Notes: generated by a model from the sequence alone, not told the origin. 64,000 nucleotides of DNA from Thermoplasmata archaeon (GCA_030038095.1 JASHPK010000048.1:13972-77971), one strand, 5' to 3'; counted from the stretch's first letter, positions 45,207 to 54,840 are shown. Program-made: numbers and translations.

Positions 45207-46139
45207 TTAAATAGCTTTGGCCGCGAGGATTGTCGAGACCGGCAGCGCGGGAACCCCGAGGGTCCCGAGGGAAGTGCCGAGGGAGCAGGGCACGGCGTTC
45301 CGGGTCGTGTTCGAGATCACGACGCCGGTCCCCGACTCGTTCGCCACGAAGACGGATCCGCTCGTGCCGTTCGGGCTCGAGAGCGAGCAGCTGGTGTCCA
45401 CGACGGTCCACGTCGGGGACGTCTGCACGATGACGAAGTTCGCACCTCCAAAGACGACCCAGACCTGGCTGGCGCCCGGGTGGCCCGCGAGGAAGCTGGA
45501 ACCCCCCGCCGAATCGGCCGCGGCGACCGCGTTCGAAGAGTCCACGACCGAGGAGGAGATCTCGATCAGGTCGAGCGCATCGCTCTGGCAGGTCGAACCC
45601 CCCGCGCTGAACAGGACCCGGCCCGCGCCCTCCGTCACGGAGGCCGCCCGGAGCTCTCCGGTCGCATTCCGGAACACGATCAGCCAGAACCCGGCCCGCC
45701 CGGTACCCGCCGAGCTCGGGGTCGCGGGCACGTTCACGGAGGGGCTCGATCCGCCCGGGAAGCTCGCGGTGCAGTGGATCTCCGCTAGGAGGCCGGTCAG
45801 GTTCGTCGCGGGTACGGTCACGTTGGACGACACGGCGAGGCCGAAGCCGATCACGGGAAGCCACGAGCCTCCCCCGGAGGCGCTCGCCGCCTGCGCGGCG
45901 GCCGGCTCGGCGCCGTCGTAGGTCAGCCACTGCGAGCTCGACGGGCTGGACCCGGACGGGAAGAGGATCCCCGCGGCGAACAGCACGAGGAGGACGAGGA
46001 CCACCGCCACGGAGACCGCCGCGGCCACCCAGGGCCACCGACGCGGTCGAGGGGCCGTGGCCGAGGGCGGCAGTGTGGCCCAACTCGTGGCCGACGGAGC
46101 CGGGGCTCCCGGGACTTGAGGACCCGCAGGAGTGGACAT
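45207..46139 (-). CDS. Hypothetical N-terminally anchored extracellular Ser/Thr-rich protein
   Basis: ORF 45207..46154; ATG 46139 preferred because an AT-rich box at 46158-46172 lies ~25 nt upstream. One TM helix (VAAAVSVAVVLVLLVLFAAGILF), then a sequon-rich beta-type domain. Confidence 0.55.
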   Translation of the reverse strand: MSTPAGPQVPGAPAPSATSWATLPPSATAPRPRRWPWVAAAVSVAVVLVLLVLFAAGILFPSGSSPSSSQWLTYDGAEPAAAQAASASGGGSWLPVIGFGLAVSSNVTVPATNLTGLLAEIHCTASFPGGSSPSVNVPATPSSAGTGRAGFWLIVFRNATGELRAASVTEGAGRVLFSAGGSTCQSDALDLIEISSSVVDSSNAVAAADSAGGSSFLAGHPGASQVWVVFGGANFVIVQTSPTWTVVDTSCSLSSPNGTSGSVFVANESGTGVVISNTTRNAVPCSLGTSLGTLGVPALPVSTILAAKAI

Positions 46140-46254
46140 CGCCCCCCTGAACACTCGGATAAGATAGAAAAGCTCGACCGACCCGTCCCTGCCCCCCGAT
46201 ACTCGCCCTTATGAGGGCCGCCCGCCGTCGCGCGTTCGAGGGGCGGACGATCGC

Positions 46255-47175
46255 GTGAGCAGCTGGGCGGACGGGCTCACTTGGGCGTCGATAGTTGCCC
46301 TCCTCGTCGGGTTCGGGATTGCCGCGGCGTCGGACCTGCGCACCCGGGAGGTCTCGGACCGTCTCTGGCAGGTCCTCGGCGTGATCGGGCTCGTTCTCGG
46401 AGCGGTGCTGCTCGCTCCGGGAGGAGTCCTCCCGGTGGTGCTGTGGGTGGTGGTCGCAGGGCTCGCGTTCGAGCACATGGTCTCTTGGGACCTGCTTCTC
46501 CCGGCGGAGCGGGAGGGGTACGCGGACCTCATCGAACTCACGGCGTACGTGGTCGTCATCGCGCTGATCGCCACGGTGGCCGTTCGCGTGGGGATCGGGA
46601 GCTCGGGAGTCCCGTACGCGGTCATAGCATGCCTCGTGACGATCCTGTTCGCCCGGGGCCTCTTCGAGGCGGGGGTCCTCTACGGGGGCGGCGACGCCAA
46701 GGCGCTCATGATCGCCGGGGTGCTCGTCCCGACGTTCGCGCCCCCGCTTCTCGTGCATTCCGCTTCGCTCGTGCTGGTCACTAGCGTCCTCCCCTTCGCG
46801 TTCGACCTGCTCCTCGATGCGGCGATCCTGTCGATCGCGATTCCGATCGCGATCGCGCTGCGGAACATCGCCCGCGGGGATTTCTCCGGCATCCAGGGAT
46901 TCAGCGGTTTCGAGATCCCGGTCTCGGAGCTTCCCCGACAGTTCGTCTGGGTCCGAGACCCCGCCTACGGATCCGTCCGAGAGCAGGAGGACGGGATCGA
47001 GACGAGCGAGGACGACCGGAAGCGCAGGATCGAAATCGCGCAGGAGCTCCGCACGCGGGGGATCGACCGGGTGTGGGTGACCCCGCAGATCCCGTTCCTC
47101 CTCCTGATGGCGCTCGGGGCGGTCCTCGCGCTGCTCGCCGGGAACCTGGCCCTCGACCTGGCCTCCTTACTCTGA
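46255..47175 (+). CDS. flaK: A24-family prepilin/preflagellin peptidase (FlaK/PibD-like)
   Basis: ORF 46255..47175. First catalytic Asp in AASDLRTREVSD, second in GGGDAKAL. Multi-TM with an inserted soluble domain, as in FlaK. Confidence 0.8.
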   Translation: MSSWADGLTWASIVALLVGFGIAAASDLRTREVSDRLWQVLGVIGLVLGAVLLAPGGVLPVVLWVVVAGLAFEHMVSWDLLLPAEREGYADLIELTAYVVVIALIATVAVRVGIGSSGVPYAVIACLVTILFARGLFEAGVLYGGGDAKALMIAGVLVPTFAPPLLVHSASLVLVTSVLPFAFDLLLDAAILSIAIPIAIALRNIARGDFSGIQGFSGFEIPVSELPRQFVWVRDPAYGSVREQEDGIETSEDDRKRRIEIAQELRTRGIDRVWVTPQIPFLLLMALGAVLALLAGNLALDLASLL

Positions 47176-47402
47176 GCTGGCCCTTTGCCGGAGGGAGGCC
47201 GCGAGCGCCTCCGTGATCCCGATTCCCGTCCAGCTCGTCAGTTCGGATACGGGGCCCGGATAGGAGGCCTCGGCCCTCCACTCTACGAGGTCCGAGACTG
47301 GAGCGCGTCGGCCGTGCCGGGCTCGGATGCCACCGTCGTTACGCCCCCACCCCCGGTCGGGCTCACTTTCGGCGAGGGCTGGGCGAAGAGGTGGAGGGAC
47401 CC

Positions 47403-47966
47403 CTACGGAGAGGGTGTCGCCGGGGCCCGCTTCCCGGAAGGTCCGCCAAAGACGATCATCAGGAGGGAGGCGAGGATCCCGAGTCCCGCGAGCCCTTCCA
47501 TGGCGTAGAGCGCGGGATCGCTTTGGCCGCCCAGCAGGAAGATCGAGCCGGCGATCGTGGCGCCCAGGGCCGCGAGGGCGGTCACCCCCGTCAGGACCCG
47601 CGGCAGAACTCGGTAACGGCGGCCGACCACCGAGGTCGCGTACCCGCCGATCCCGACGGTCACGAGCGCTAGTCCGATGTGGCTCGCGAGCGTCGCCGCC
47701 ACGTAGCGGCTCTCCGAGGCAAGCGACCCTCCCACCGTGGAAGTGAGCAGGAACATCACGAGCAACACGACACCCCACACCCGCAAGGAGAGTCCGTCGG
47801 ACGGCAGATTGGCGGAAGGCGCGGGAGCGGGAGATGCGGGCACGGTCTTGGACCTCGGGGAAACCCGCTCATTCGGTGGCAGATAAGGCTGACCGGCGGA
47901 ACTCCGTCGGTTCGTCCCCGATTTCGCCATGGGGTTCGACGTTCTATCGGCCGGATTGCGCGGCAC
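47403..47966 (-). CDS. Hypothetical 4-TM membrane protein
   Basis: ORF 47403..47966. Basic, Pro-rich N-terminus followed by four hydrophobic helices. Confidence 0.55.
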   Translation of the reverse strand: MPRNPADRTSNPMAKSGTNRRSSAGQPYLPPNERVSPRSKTVPASPAPAPSANLPSDGLSLRVWGVVLLVMFLLTSTVGGSLASESRYVAATLASHIGLALVTVGIGGYATSVVGRRYRVLPRVLTGVTALAALGATIAGSIFLLGGQSDPALYAMEGLAGLGILASLLMIVFGGPSGKRAPATPSP

Positions 47967-48038
47967 GGCCCGGCCACCCCCCGTTCGGTCAGCGGCTCTC
48001 GGTGCGAGCGCGCGTCTCCGCCGGTCTACGCAGGCGCG

Positions 48039-48713
48039 CTAAGGATCGCGCACGAGCGTCGCGACGAGGATCCCGTCGTATCCCTTGACCCCGACCGACG
48101 GGTACGCGGTCGCTTCGACGCGGTTGTCCTGGGCCACCCGTTCGACCAGGCGTCGGACACCGAGCACGCTCGGATCCTGACTCCGGGGATCGGCCACGGC
48201 ACCGTTCCGGACGACGTTGTCGACAACGATCAGGCTCCCGCGGTGGGACAGACGCACCGCCCAATCGAAGTACTCGGCAAGGTTCGGGCGGTCGGCGTCG
48301 ATGAACGTGAGATCGAACGGCGCCAAAGCCTCGGTCGCGAGACGCGCGAGCGATTCGAGGGCGGGGCCGATCCGTACTTCCACGCGATCGGAAACGCCGG
48401 CGTTCTCGAGGTTCGAACGCGCCACCCGGGCGTGCTCGGGGGAGAGCTCGAGCGAGATGAGGCGACCGCCGGGCGGAAGCGCTCGGCTGAGCCAGATCGC
48501 GCTGTACCCCCCCAGCGTACCGATCTCGAGGATCCGCCGGGCCGAGACTGCGCGCGCGAGGATGCCGAGCAGACGCCCCTGGGAAGGGGAGACCTGGATG
48601 TTCGGGAGCCCGGCCGCCTCGCTCGCCCGGAGGGCCCCGTCGAGGGCGGGGTCCGTCGCGATCAGTCGGTCCGAGAAGAAGCGGTCGACGTCCGTCCACT
48701 GCTCGAGGGTCAT
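48039..48713 (-). CDS. Class I SAM-dependent O-methyltransferase (caffeoyl-CoA OMT-like)
   Basis: 3' part of ORF 48039..48908, starting at ATG 48713. [36 protein letters not shown]. Confidence 0.85.
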   Translation of the reverse strand: MTLEQWTDVDRFFSDRLIATDPALDGALRASEAAGLPNIQVSPSQGRLLGILARAVSARRILEIGTLGGYSAIWLSRALPPGGRLISLELSPEHARVARSNLENAGVSDRVEVRIGPALESLARLATEALAPFDLTFIDADRPNLAEYFDWAVRLSHRGSLIVVDNVVRNGAVADPRSQDPSVLGVRRLVERVAQDNRVEATAYPSVGVKGYDGILVATLVRDP

Positions 48714-48786
48714 GGCGGGCGCGGACGACCGGATTGACGGAAAGCTTTTCCCCACGGTTCCGGTCCGCGCCGCCGAGAGGAGACGC

Positions 48787-49199
<413 letters not shown>

Positions 49200-49203
<4 letters not shown>

Positions 49204-50177
49204 CCCGGGCCCCCGCGCTCCCCGCGGCCGCGCGGGCGATCGTCTCGGGGGACCGTCGGGCGCTCGCCCGGGTGATCTCCGCGGTCGAGAACGACGATCC
49301 CGCCTCCGTCCCGATCCTCCGCGCGCTCTATCCACGCACCGGGCGCGTGCCCGTCATCGGCTTCACTGGGCCGCTCGGAGTCGGGAAGTCGAGTCTCATC
49401 AACGCGCTCGTCGCGCACCTGAGGGCCCGTGGGGAAACGGTGGGAATCCTCGCCGTCGATCCCTCGAGCCCCTTCTCCGGAGGGTCGGTCCTCGGGGACC
49501 GGATCCGGCTCGAGCGGAAGGCCGACGATCCCGGCGTCTTCTTCCGTTCCATGGCGAGTCGCGGGGAGTCCGGCGGGGTGGCGGCGACGACCCGGGAGGC
49601 GGCCCGGCTCCTCGACGCCGCCGGATTCGATCACGTCCTGATCGAGACCGTCGGGAGCGGCCAGGTCGACGTGGCGATCCAGGAGATCGCCTCCACGAGC
49701 GTTGTCGTGCTCGTCCCACACCTCGGGGACGAGATCCAGACCCTGAAGGCCGGCATGTTCGAGATCGCCGACGTCTTCTGCGTCAACAAGGCGGACCTCC
49801 CCGGCGCGGACGTCGCGAAGCGGGACCTCGCCGACCTCGTGACGCTCGGGATGCGTCGCGATGGATGGGCTCCGGCGATCGTCACGACCTCCACCACCGA
49901 CGGGACGGGCATCGACGAGCTGTGGTCGGCCATCGCGGCCCACGAGCAGTACCTGGTCCAGTCCGGGGTCCGGGAGCGGCAGGAACGGCGACGGCTCACG
50001 CACGAGATCGTCGGCCTCGTCCGCGAGCGGGTCGGGATCGAGCTCACGGCCGAGCTCGAGGAGGACCCGAAGCTCCGGCGCCTGATCGATCAGGTCGTGG
50101 ACCGCTCGATGGACCCTCGCACGGCGGCGACCCGACTCTACGAGGGCCGCGGCTCCCGCCGCCGACCGGACCGATGA
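49200..50177 (+). CDS. meaB: Methylmalonyl-CoA mutase-associated GTPase MeaB/ArgK
   Basis: ORF 49200..50177. [46 protein letters not shown] overlap with the upstream gene. Confidence 0.9.
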
Positions 50178-50746
50178 ACTCCCTCGCGCTCGATCTCGCG
50201 GTCGCGCTCTTCGTCGCCTGCGCGGGGGTCATCTACTTCGTCTTCGCCACCTTCCTGTTCGGGGCCGGCTACGAGCCGACCTACCGCCGCGCCGTCGACA
50301 CGATGCTCCGCTACGCGGAGGTCGGGCCGAACGACACCGTCTACGACCTCGGGGCGGGCACCGGGGCGATCGTCTTCCGCGCGGCCCGGGCGTACCGGGC
50401 CCGCGTCGTCGGGGTGGAGATCGAGCCGATCCGAGCGCTGATCCTCCGGCTGCGCCGCCGGCTCGGCCCGTTCGCGGACCGCATCACGGTCGTCTGGGGC
50501 GACTTCTTCCGGCTCGACTTCGGAGCGGCGACCGTCATCACCGCCTTTCTCTGGCCCGGGGCGATGGCGCGGCTGCGTCCGAAGCTCGAGAAGGAGCTGA
50601 AGCCGGGGACCCGTCTCGTGAGCCACTCTCACGCAGTTCCCGGCTGGACCGTGATCCGCCACGACCCCGAGACCGACGTGTACCTCTATCGTTGGCCCGA
50701 GTCCCGCGGGGACGGCGGAGGGGGACCTACAGCGGGTGGAACGTGA
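50174..50746 (+). CDS. Membrane-anchored class I SAM-dependent methyltransferase
   Basis: 3' part of ORF 49865..50746. ATGA overlap with the meaB stop. N-terminal TM helix LAVALFVACAGVIYFVFATFLF, then VYDLGAGTGAIV and VGVEIEP motifs. Confidence 0.75.
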   Translation: MNSLALDLAVALFVACAGVIYFVFATFLFGAGYEPTYRRAVDTMLRYAEVGPNDTVYDLGAGTGAIVFRAARAYRARVVGVEIEPIRALILRLRRRLGPFADRITVVWGDFFRLDFGAATVITAFLWPGAMARLRPKLEKELKPGTRLVSHSHAVPGWTVIRHDPETDVYLYRWPESRGDGGGGPTAGGT

Positions 50747-50852
50747 ACCACAGCACCCCGCCGATCGCGAGGATCGCGACCACCCCGAGGAGCCCTGCGA
50801 TCCACCCCGCGTAGGGGTTCCGGCCGTCGTCCGTGGCCAGTTCGCCCGGCAT
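50727..50852 (-). CDS. Candidate 41-aa single-TM micro-protein (below the ORF-track size cut-off)
   Basis: Own translation: MPGELATDDGRNPYAGWIAGLLGVVAILAIGGVLWFTFHPL*. 39 of 41 codons end in G/C. A TATA-like GATAAA (minus strand, 50877-50883) lies ~28 nt upstream of the ATG. Confidence 0.5.
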   Translation of the reverse strand: MPGELATDDGRNPYAGWIAGLLGVVAILAIGGVLWFTFHPL

Positions 50853-50876
50853 CGGGACGCGCGAGGGCCACCGGGG

Positions 50877-50883
50877 TTTATCT
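50877..50883 (-). promoter_or_regulatory. TATA-like box (AGATAAA on minus strand) for the candidate micro-protein
   Basis: Only AT-rich element in the 50853-50921 spacer. The spacing fits a leaderless start at 50852. Confidence 0.4.
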
Positions 50884-50921
50884 CGGGGTGATTCGAACTT
50901 CGCGCGGGGGCCCTTCGAGCC

Positions 50922-51842
50922 TCACTCGGACTTCGGCGGCTCGGAGGGAGCCGCCTTCGCTTCCGGGGTCTTCGCGTGGCTCCGGCCGCCGGAGCGCGGC
51001 GCCTTGCTCGGAGGGGCCTTTTCCGCCGCTTCGGGGGGTGGGGCGGTGACCGACTCCTCGGTCTTCTCGGGGGTGGCCGGTGGCGCGGTCTCGGCCTCCT
51101 TCTTCTCCGGCACCGGCGTGACGTACTCCTCGACGACCCGGATGACGTGGGGCTTGAGCGTCGATCGGAGCCGATCGATCACCCGGGGCTTCGAGGCCAC
51201 CCAGCCGATATCGAATTTCGAGCGGTCGGGAATCCGGAGCGTGAGGGTCGTGTCGTGAATCTCGATGTGGAACTCGCTCGAGCGCCCGTACTGGAGCTCC
51301 ACGATCGCCCGCGCCTGCTCAGCCGGCGCGTCGATCTTCTCGAGGACCTTGAACTTGGCCCGCACCTTGCGCCCCGAGTAGGGCGGGTTGAAGTCGACGC
51401 GCACCCGCGCCGCGGTCAGGGTCACGACTCGGCCGCGTCGCCCGTTGATCGTGAGGACCGTGCCGAGGTCGAGGTGGGCGTCCTCGCGCCGCATCTCGGG
51501 GAGTCGGGAGATCTCGTGCATGGAGAACAGCTCGATCAGCTTCGGATCGCGTTCCCCGAAGGCGTCCGCGGGCGCGAACTCGCGCTCGATCTCGTCACCG
51601 ACCTTCACGCCGAGGAGCGAGTTCTCGATCGCGCTCGGGAAGTACTCGCCGCCGATCACATGCGGCCGGGGCCCGAACGTCTGGCCCTCCGGATGGGAGG
51701 CGTTCGCCTGGTTCGCGACCTCCTCGTGCGTGGTGTCGATGAGCTCGGTGCGGCCCCCGCCCTCGGCCCAGAGGTCGTACTCGATCCGGACGAGGTCCCC
51801 GGACTCCGTGACCGCCGAGGAATGGGAACCGGTGGTGGACAT
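50922..51842 (-). CDS. FKBP-type peptidyl-prolyl cis-trans isomerase (long archaeal form) with Pro/Ala/Glu-rich tail
   Basis: ORF 50922..51842. GDLVRIEYDLW...FGPRPHVIGGEYFPSAIENSLLGVKVGDE...AFGERDP, followed by an IF/C-terminal domain. Confidence 0.88.
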   Translation of the reverse strand: MSTTGSHSSAVTESGDLVRIEYDLWAEGGGRTELIDTTHEEVANQANASHPEGQTFGPRPHVIGGEYFPSAIENSLLGVKVGDEIEREFAPADAFGERDPKLIELFSMHEISRLPEMRREDAHLDLGTVLTINGRRGRVVTLTAARVRVDFNPPYSGRKVRAKFKVLEKIDAPAEQARAIVELQYGRSSEFHIEIHDTTLTLRIPDRSKFDIGWVASKPRVIDRLRSTLKPHVIRVVEEYVTPVPEKKEAETAPPATPEKTEESVTAPPPEAAEKAPPSKAPRSGGRSHAKTPEAKAAPSEPPKSE

Positions 51843-51864
51843 GGCCCCGCCGAACCGGGGGGTC

Positions 51865-51872
51865 GCTTAAGG
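51865..51872 (-). promoter_or_regulatory. TATA-like box CCTTAAGC (minus strand) for the FKBP gene
   Basis: Centre lies 26 nt upstream of ATG 51842, implying a leaderless mRNA. Confidence 0.45.
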
Positions 51873-51891
51873 TTTTCTCGAGGGAGGCGGG

Positions 51892-52710
51892 TCAGTTCGT
51901 CCCCTGGAGACGGCGCCAGCGCAGGCTCGCGTCGAGCAGCGCGAACGGCTTCAGCACCGCCTCGACGAACCGAAGCGGGTGCCGGACCCCCCGACGGCGC
52001 TCCTTCGTCCGGGTCGAGAGCTCTCCGTTCTTCAAGAGCGACATCGCCATCGCCACGAGGTACCGGTAGCGCTTGCGCGCCCAGGCCCAGAAGCCGGGGG
52101 CCCTCCCGAGGTCGTGCACGACCCCGGCGTCGGGAAGATACGTCCCGACGTACCCGGCGCGTACCGCGCGAACCTCAAGATCGTGGTCCTCGGCGTACGG
52201 GATCCTCGGGTCGAAGCCGATCTCGCGGAGGACCGAGGTGCGCCAGGCCGTGTTCTGCAGCGGCAGGTAGGTCACTCGGGCGGGGACGAGCTCCTCGTAG
52301 ATCGACCGCTCGAGGAGGACCATGTACCGCTCGATCGCGCCCGTCGGCTCCCGGTTCGGCCGGGTGGGTCCCCCGGCGAACGCTGCGGTGCCCGCCTCGA
52401 TCGGAGCGACGATCCGCTCGAGCCACTCCGGGGGAGCCACCTCGTCCGAGTCGAGGAAGGCGGTGACCTCCTCCTCGATTCGCGCGATCGAAGCGGCCCG
52501 GGCCTCGACGACCCCGCCCGCGATCCGGAGGACGTCGATCTTCAGGGTCGGGTGGTCCTGGGTGGCGGCGTCAAGGAGCGAGGGGGGCGACTCGGTCGAC
52601 GCCGCGATCAGCACTCGGTCCGGGCGCCGTCGCTGCCCGGCGAGCGACGCGAGCGCCCCGAGCAGTCGCGGGTCGTCCCGCACCGCGATCTCCACGCAGA
52701 CCGACCCCAT
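51892..52710 (-). CDS. Family 2 glycosyltransferase
   Basis: ORF 51892..52710. N-terminal GT-A fold (VEIAVRDDPRLLGALASLAGQ...) and DSDE acidic motif (FLDSDEV). Confidence 0.8.
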   Translation of the reverse strand: MGSVCVEIAVRDDPRLLGALASLAGQRRRPDRVLIAASTESPPSLLDAATQDHPTLKIDVLRIAGGVVEARAASIARIEEEVTAFLDSDEVAPPEWLERIVAPIEAGTAAFAGGPTRPNREPTGAIERYMVLLERSIYEELVPARVTYLPLQNTAWRTSVLREIGFDPRIPYAEDHDLEVRAVRAGYVGTYLPDAGVVHDLGRAPGFWAWARKRYRYLVAMAMSLLKNGELSTRTKERRRGVRHPLRFVEAVLKPFALLDASLRWRRLQGTN

Positions 52711-52722
52711 CGCCGGATCCCC

Positions 52723-52740
52723 CGGGGAAGCGCTTCCCCG
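52723..52740. promoter_or_regulatory. 18-nt perfect palindrome CGGGGAAGCGCTTCCCCG in the divergent GT2/GT4 intergenic region
   Basis: Read directly. It lies 13-30 nt upstream of the GT2 ATG (52710). Confidence 0.4.
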
Positions 52741-52764
52741 CCCACCGGCCCCACTGGACGAACC

Positions 52765-52772
52765 CCTTAATC
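52765..52772 (+). promoter_or_regulatory. TATA-like box CCTTAATC upstream of the GT4 gene
   Basis: Centre lies 25 nt upstream of GTG 52794. Identical octamer to the pheS box. Confidence 0.45.
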
Positions 52773-52793
52773 AGACAAAGGGGTAGAGCGGTC

Positions 52794-53843
52794 GTGCGGA
52801 TCCTGCTGATCGGGGGCGGCGTGCATCCGATCCCCCCGACCGGGTACGGGGCGATTGAACGGATCCTCACCGACCTCCAGGGGGCCCTGACCGCCGCCGG
52901 AGCGGAGGTAGTCATCATCAACCGCGTGCGGCACCGCCGAATGCGGGACGAGTACCCGTTCGCGTTCGAGCTCCCGAAGCTCCTCGCCCGGGAGTCGTAC
53001 GACGTCCTGCACGCCCACACCCCGGTCGTCGCGAACCGACTCGCGGGGCGCCGGCTGCCGTACGTCTACACCTCCCACTCCCGCCACTGGTACTACCGGG
53101 AACGCCTCTCCCATCGTTGGGGCTACTTCCTCGAACGCCGGGCCGTTCGGAAGGCCCGGGCCGCGATCGCGTTGACCGAGCCGCTCCGGACCACGTTCGA
53201 GCGCGTCGTGCCGCTCCCTCGACCGCCGATCACCGTGATCCCGTTCGGCGTCGACGCGGAGCGGTTCCGGCCCGCCTGGGACCGCCGGACCGGGCGGACG
53301 GCGTTGGGCGTGGGGGTGGTCGCTCCGTTCAAGCGGTGGGAGGTGGCGGCCCGGGCCCTGCGCGGCACGGGCGTGTCCTTGCGCATCGCCGGCCCGATTC
53401 CGTCCGCAGCCTACGCGGACCAGGTCCGCGCGGACGGGGACGGGGTGACCCTCCTCGGCGAGGTCTCGAACGCGGAGCTCGAGCGGCTCTTCGCGGAGAG
53501 CGATCTCCTCGTGCACCCGAGCGCGGTCGAGATCCTCTCGGTGACGGTCCTCGAGGCCCTCGCGGCGGGGCTCCCCGTCCTCGGCGGAACGAGCGTCGAC
53601 GGAGTCGTGGACGACGGGCGGACCGGTTTCGTCGACCGTTCCTCCACGGCCGAGGGGCTCGCGGCCGGGATCCGCGAACGAGCGGTGCGGCTCGCCCAGG
53701 ACGACGCCCTCCGCCGCACGATGGGCGAGGCGGCCCGGGCGGTCGCCCTCGACCGGTACTCCTGGCCGAAGGTGGCCGCGCAACACCTCGCCGTGTACCG
53801 GTCGGTGGCGCCGGGACCGCCGGCGGCGACCGTTCCGATCTAG
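52794..53843 (+). CDS. Family 4 (GT-B) glycosyltransferase
   Basis: ORF 52794..53843. MRILLIGGGVHPIPPTGYGAIE and C-terminal E-x7-E region (PSAVEILSVTVLEALAAGLPVL). Confidence 0.85.
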   Translation: MRILLIGGGVHPIPPTGYGAIERILTDLQGALTAAGAEVVIINRVRHRRMRDEYPFAFELPKLLARESYDVLHAHTPVVANRLAGRRLPYVYTSHSRHWYYRERLSHRWGYFLERRAVRKARAAIALTEPLRTTFERVVPLPRPPITVIPFGVDAERFRPAWDRRTGRTALGVGVVAPFKRWEVAARALRGTGVSLRIAGPIPSAAYADQVRADGDGVTLLGEVSNAELERLFAESDLLVHPSAVEILSVTVLEALAAGLPVLGGTSVDGVVDDGRTGFVDRSSTAEGLAAGIRERAVRLAQDDALRRTMGEAARAVALDRYSWPKVAAQHLAVYRSVAPGPPAATVPI

Positions 53844-54808
53844 CGCGGGACCTTCCGCGCCGCGAGGAGGTCCTCTATCGTCCGGTCGACCGCGCCCGAG
53901 CTGTTCGTGGAGGGCCGCCAACCGAGGGCCTTCATCCGGTCGATCGCGAGAAGCTGCTTCGGGACGTCACCCACCCAACCCAGGGCTCCCCCCGTGTAGT
54001 CGATCCGAGCCCGTCCGCCGTGGGCCCGCACGACCTTCTCCGCGATCTCCCGAACGCTGGTCTGGTCCTCCGTCCCGAGGTTGAACACGTTGACCGGGCC
54101 GGTCGCCCGCGATTCGGCCAGGAGCATCCCGGCGACGCAGTCCTCGGTGCGGAGGTAGCTCTTCGCCTGGTGCCCGTCCCCGAGGACTTCGAGGCGGGAC
54201 GGGTCCTTCCGGAGCTTGTCGAAGAAGTCGACCAGGATCCCGTGACCCACGCTCGGACCGATGATGTTCGCGAAGCGGAAGATGTACGACCGCAGGCCGT
54301 AGCTGTGGGTGTACGCGGAGAGCAGCCCCTCGCTCGCGAGCTTCCCGGCCCCGTAGAGGGATTGCGGGAAGAGCGGTCCGTACTCTTCCGGGGTCGGATA
54401 GACCGTCGGAAGGCCGTAGACGGTGCTCGAGGAGGAGAAGACGACGCGCGGCACATCGTGCCGGCGCGCGGCCTCGAGGACGCGGAACGTGGCGATCGTT
54501 CCCTGCTCGAGGTCGAGGGATGGGTCGGCGAGCCCGAGCCGAATGTCCGGATTCGCGGCGAGATGCCAGACCGACCTCGCGCCGCGGAACTGCTCGGCGT
54601 ACTCCTCGGGGTGGCGTACGTCGGCCGTCGTGAGCGAGAAGCGGTCCCGAGGCGGCGACGGCGGTAGCAGCTCCTTGCGGCCGCTCGAGAAGTTGTCGAT
54701 CACCCGCACCTCGAGGCCCCGGTCGAGGAGGGCACGCACCAGCACCGAACCGATCGCGCCCGCCCCGCCGGTCACGATCGCCGGACCGTCCGGGGTAGAG
54801 GTTGGCAT
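53840..54808 (-). CDS. NAD-dependent sugar epimerase/dehydratase (UDP-glucose 4-epimerase-like)
   Basis: 3' part of ORF 53840..55303, starting at ATG 54808. VTGGAGAIGSVL and YGAGK (YxxxK). Shares the CTAG stop tetranucleotide with the GT4 gene. Confidence 0.9.
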   Translation of the reverse strand: MPTSTPDGPAIVTGGAGAIGSVLVRALLDRGLEVRVIDNFSSGRKELLPPSPPRDRFSLTTADVRHPEEYAEQFRGARSVWHLAANPDIRLGLADPSLDLEQGTIATFRVLEAARRHDVPRVVFSSSSTVYGLPTVYPTPEEYGPLFPQSLYGAGKLASEGLLSAYTHSYGLRSYIFRFANIIGPSVGHGILVDFFDKLRKDPSRLEVLGDGHQAKSYLRTEDCVAGMLLAESRATGPVNVFNLGTEDQTSVREIAEKVVRAHGGRARIDYTGGALGWVGDVPKQLLAIDRMKALGWRPSTNSSGAVDRTIEDLLAARKVPR

Positions 54809-54832
54809 GGCGGCCCGCGACCTTAGAGAAGC

Positions 54833-54840
54833 ATATATAA
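54833..54840 (-). promoter_or_regulatory. TATA box ATATATAA in the divergent intergenic region (epimerase side)
   Basis: Centre lies ~28 nt upstream of ATG 54808 (minus strand). The near-palindromic box might also serve the plus strand. Confidence 0.5.

Noticed and set aside
45169-46758. Upstream part of the 655-aa ORF 44791..46758
   Set aside because: Only the terminal 125 codons are ribosomal protein eS6, starting at ATG 45168. The upstream part overlaps the hypothetical protein and flaK genes in non-coding frames.
50880-50905. A GTTCGAATC T-loop-like motif on the minus strand (possible tRNA)
   Set aside because: The flanking bases cannot form a T-stem, and no acceptor, D or anticodon arms can be drawn. 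It is probably a chance match in the FKBP/micro-ORF spacer.
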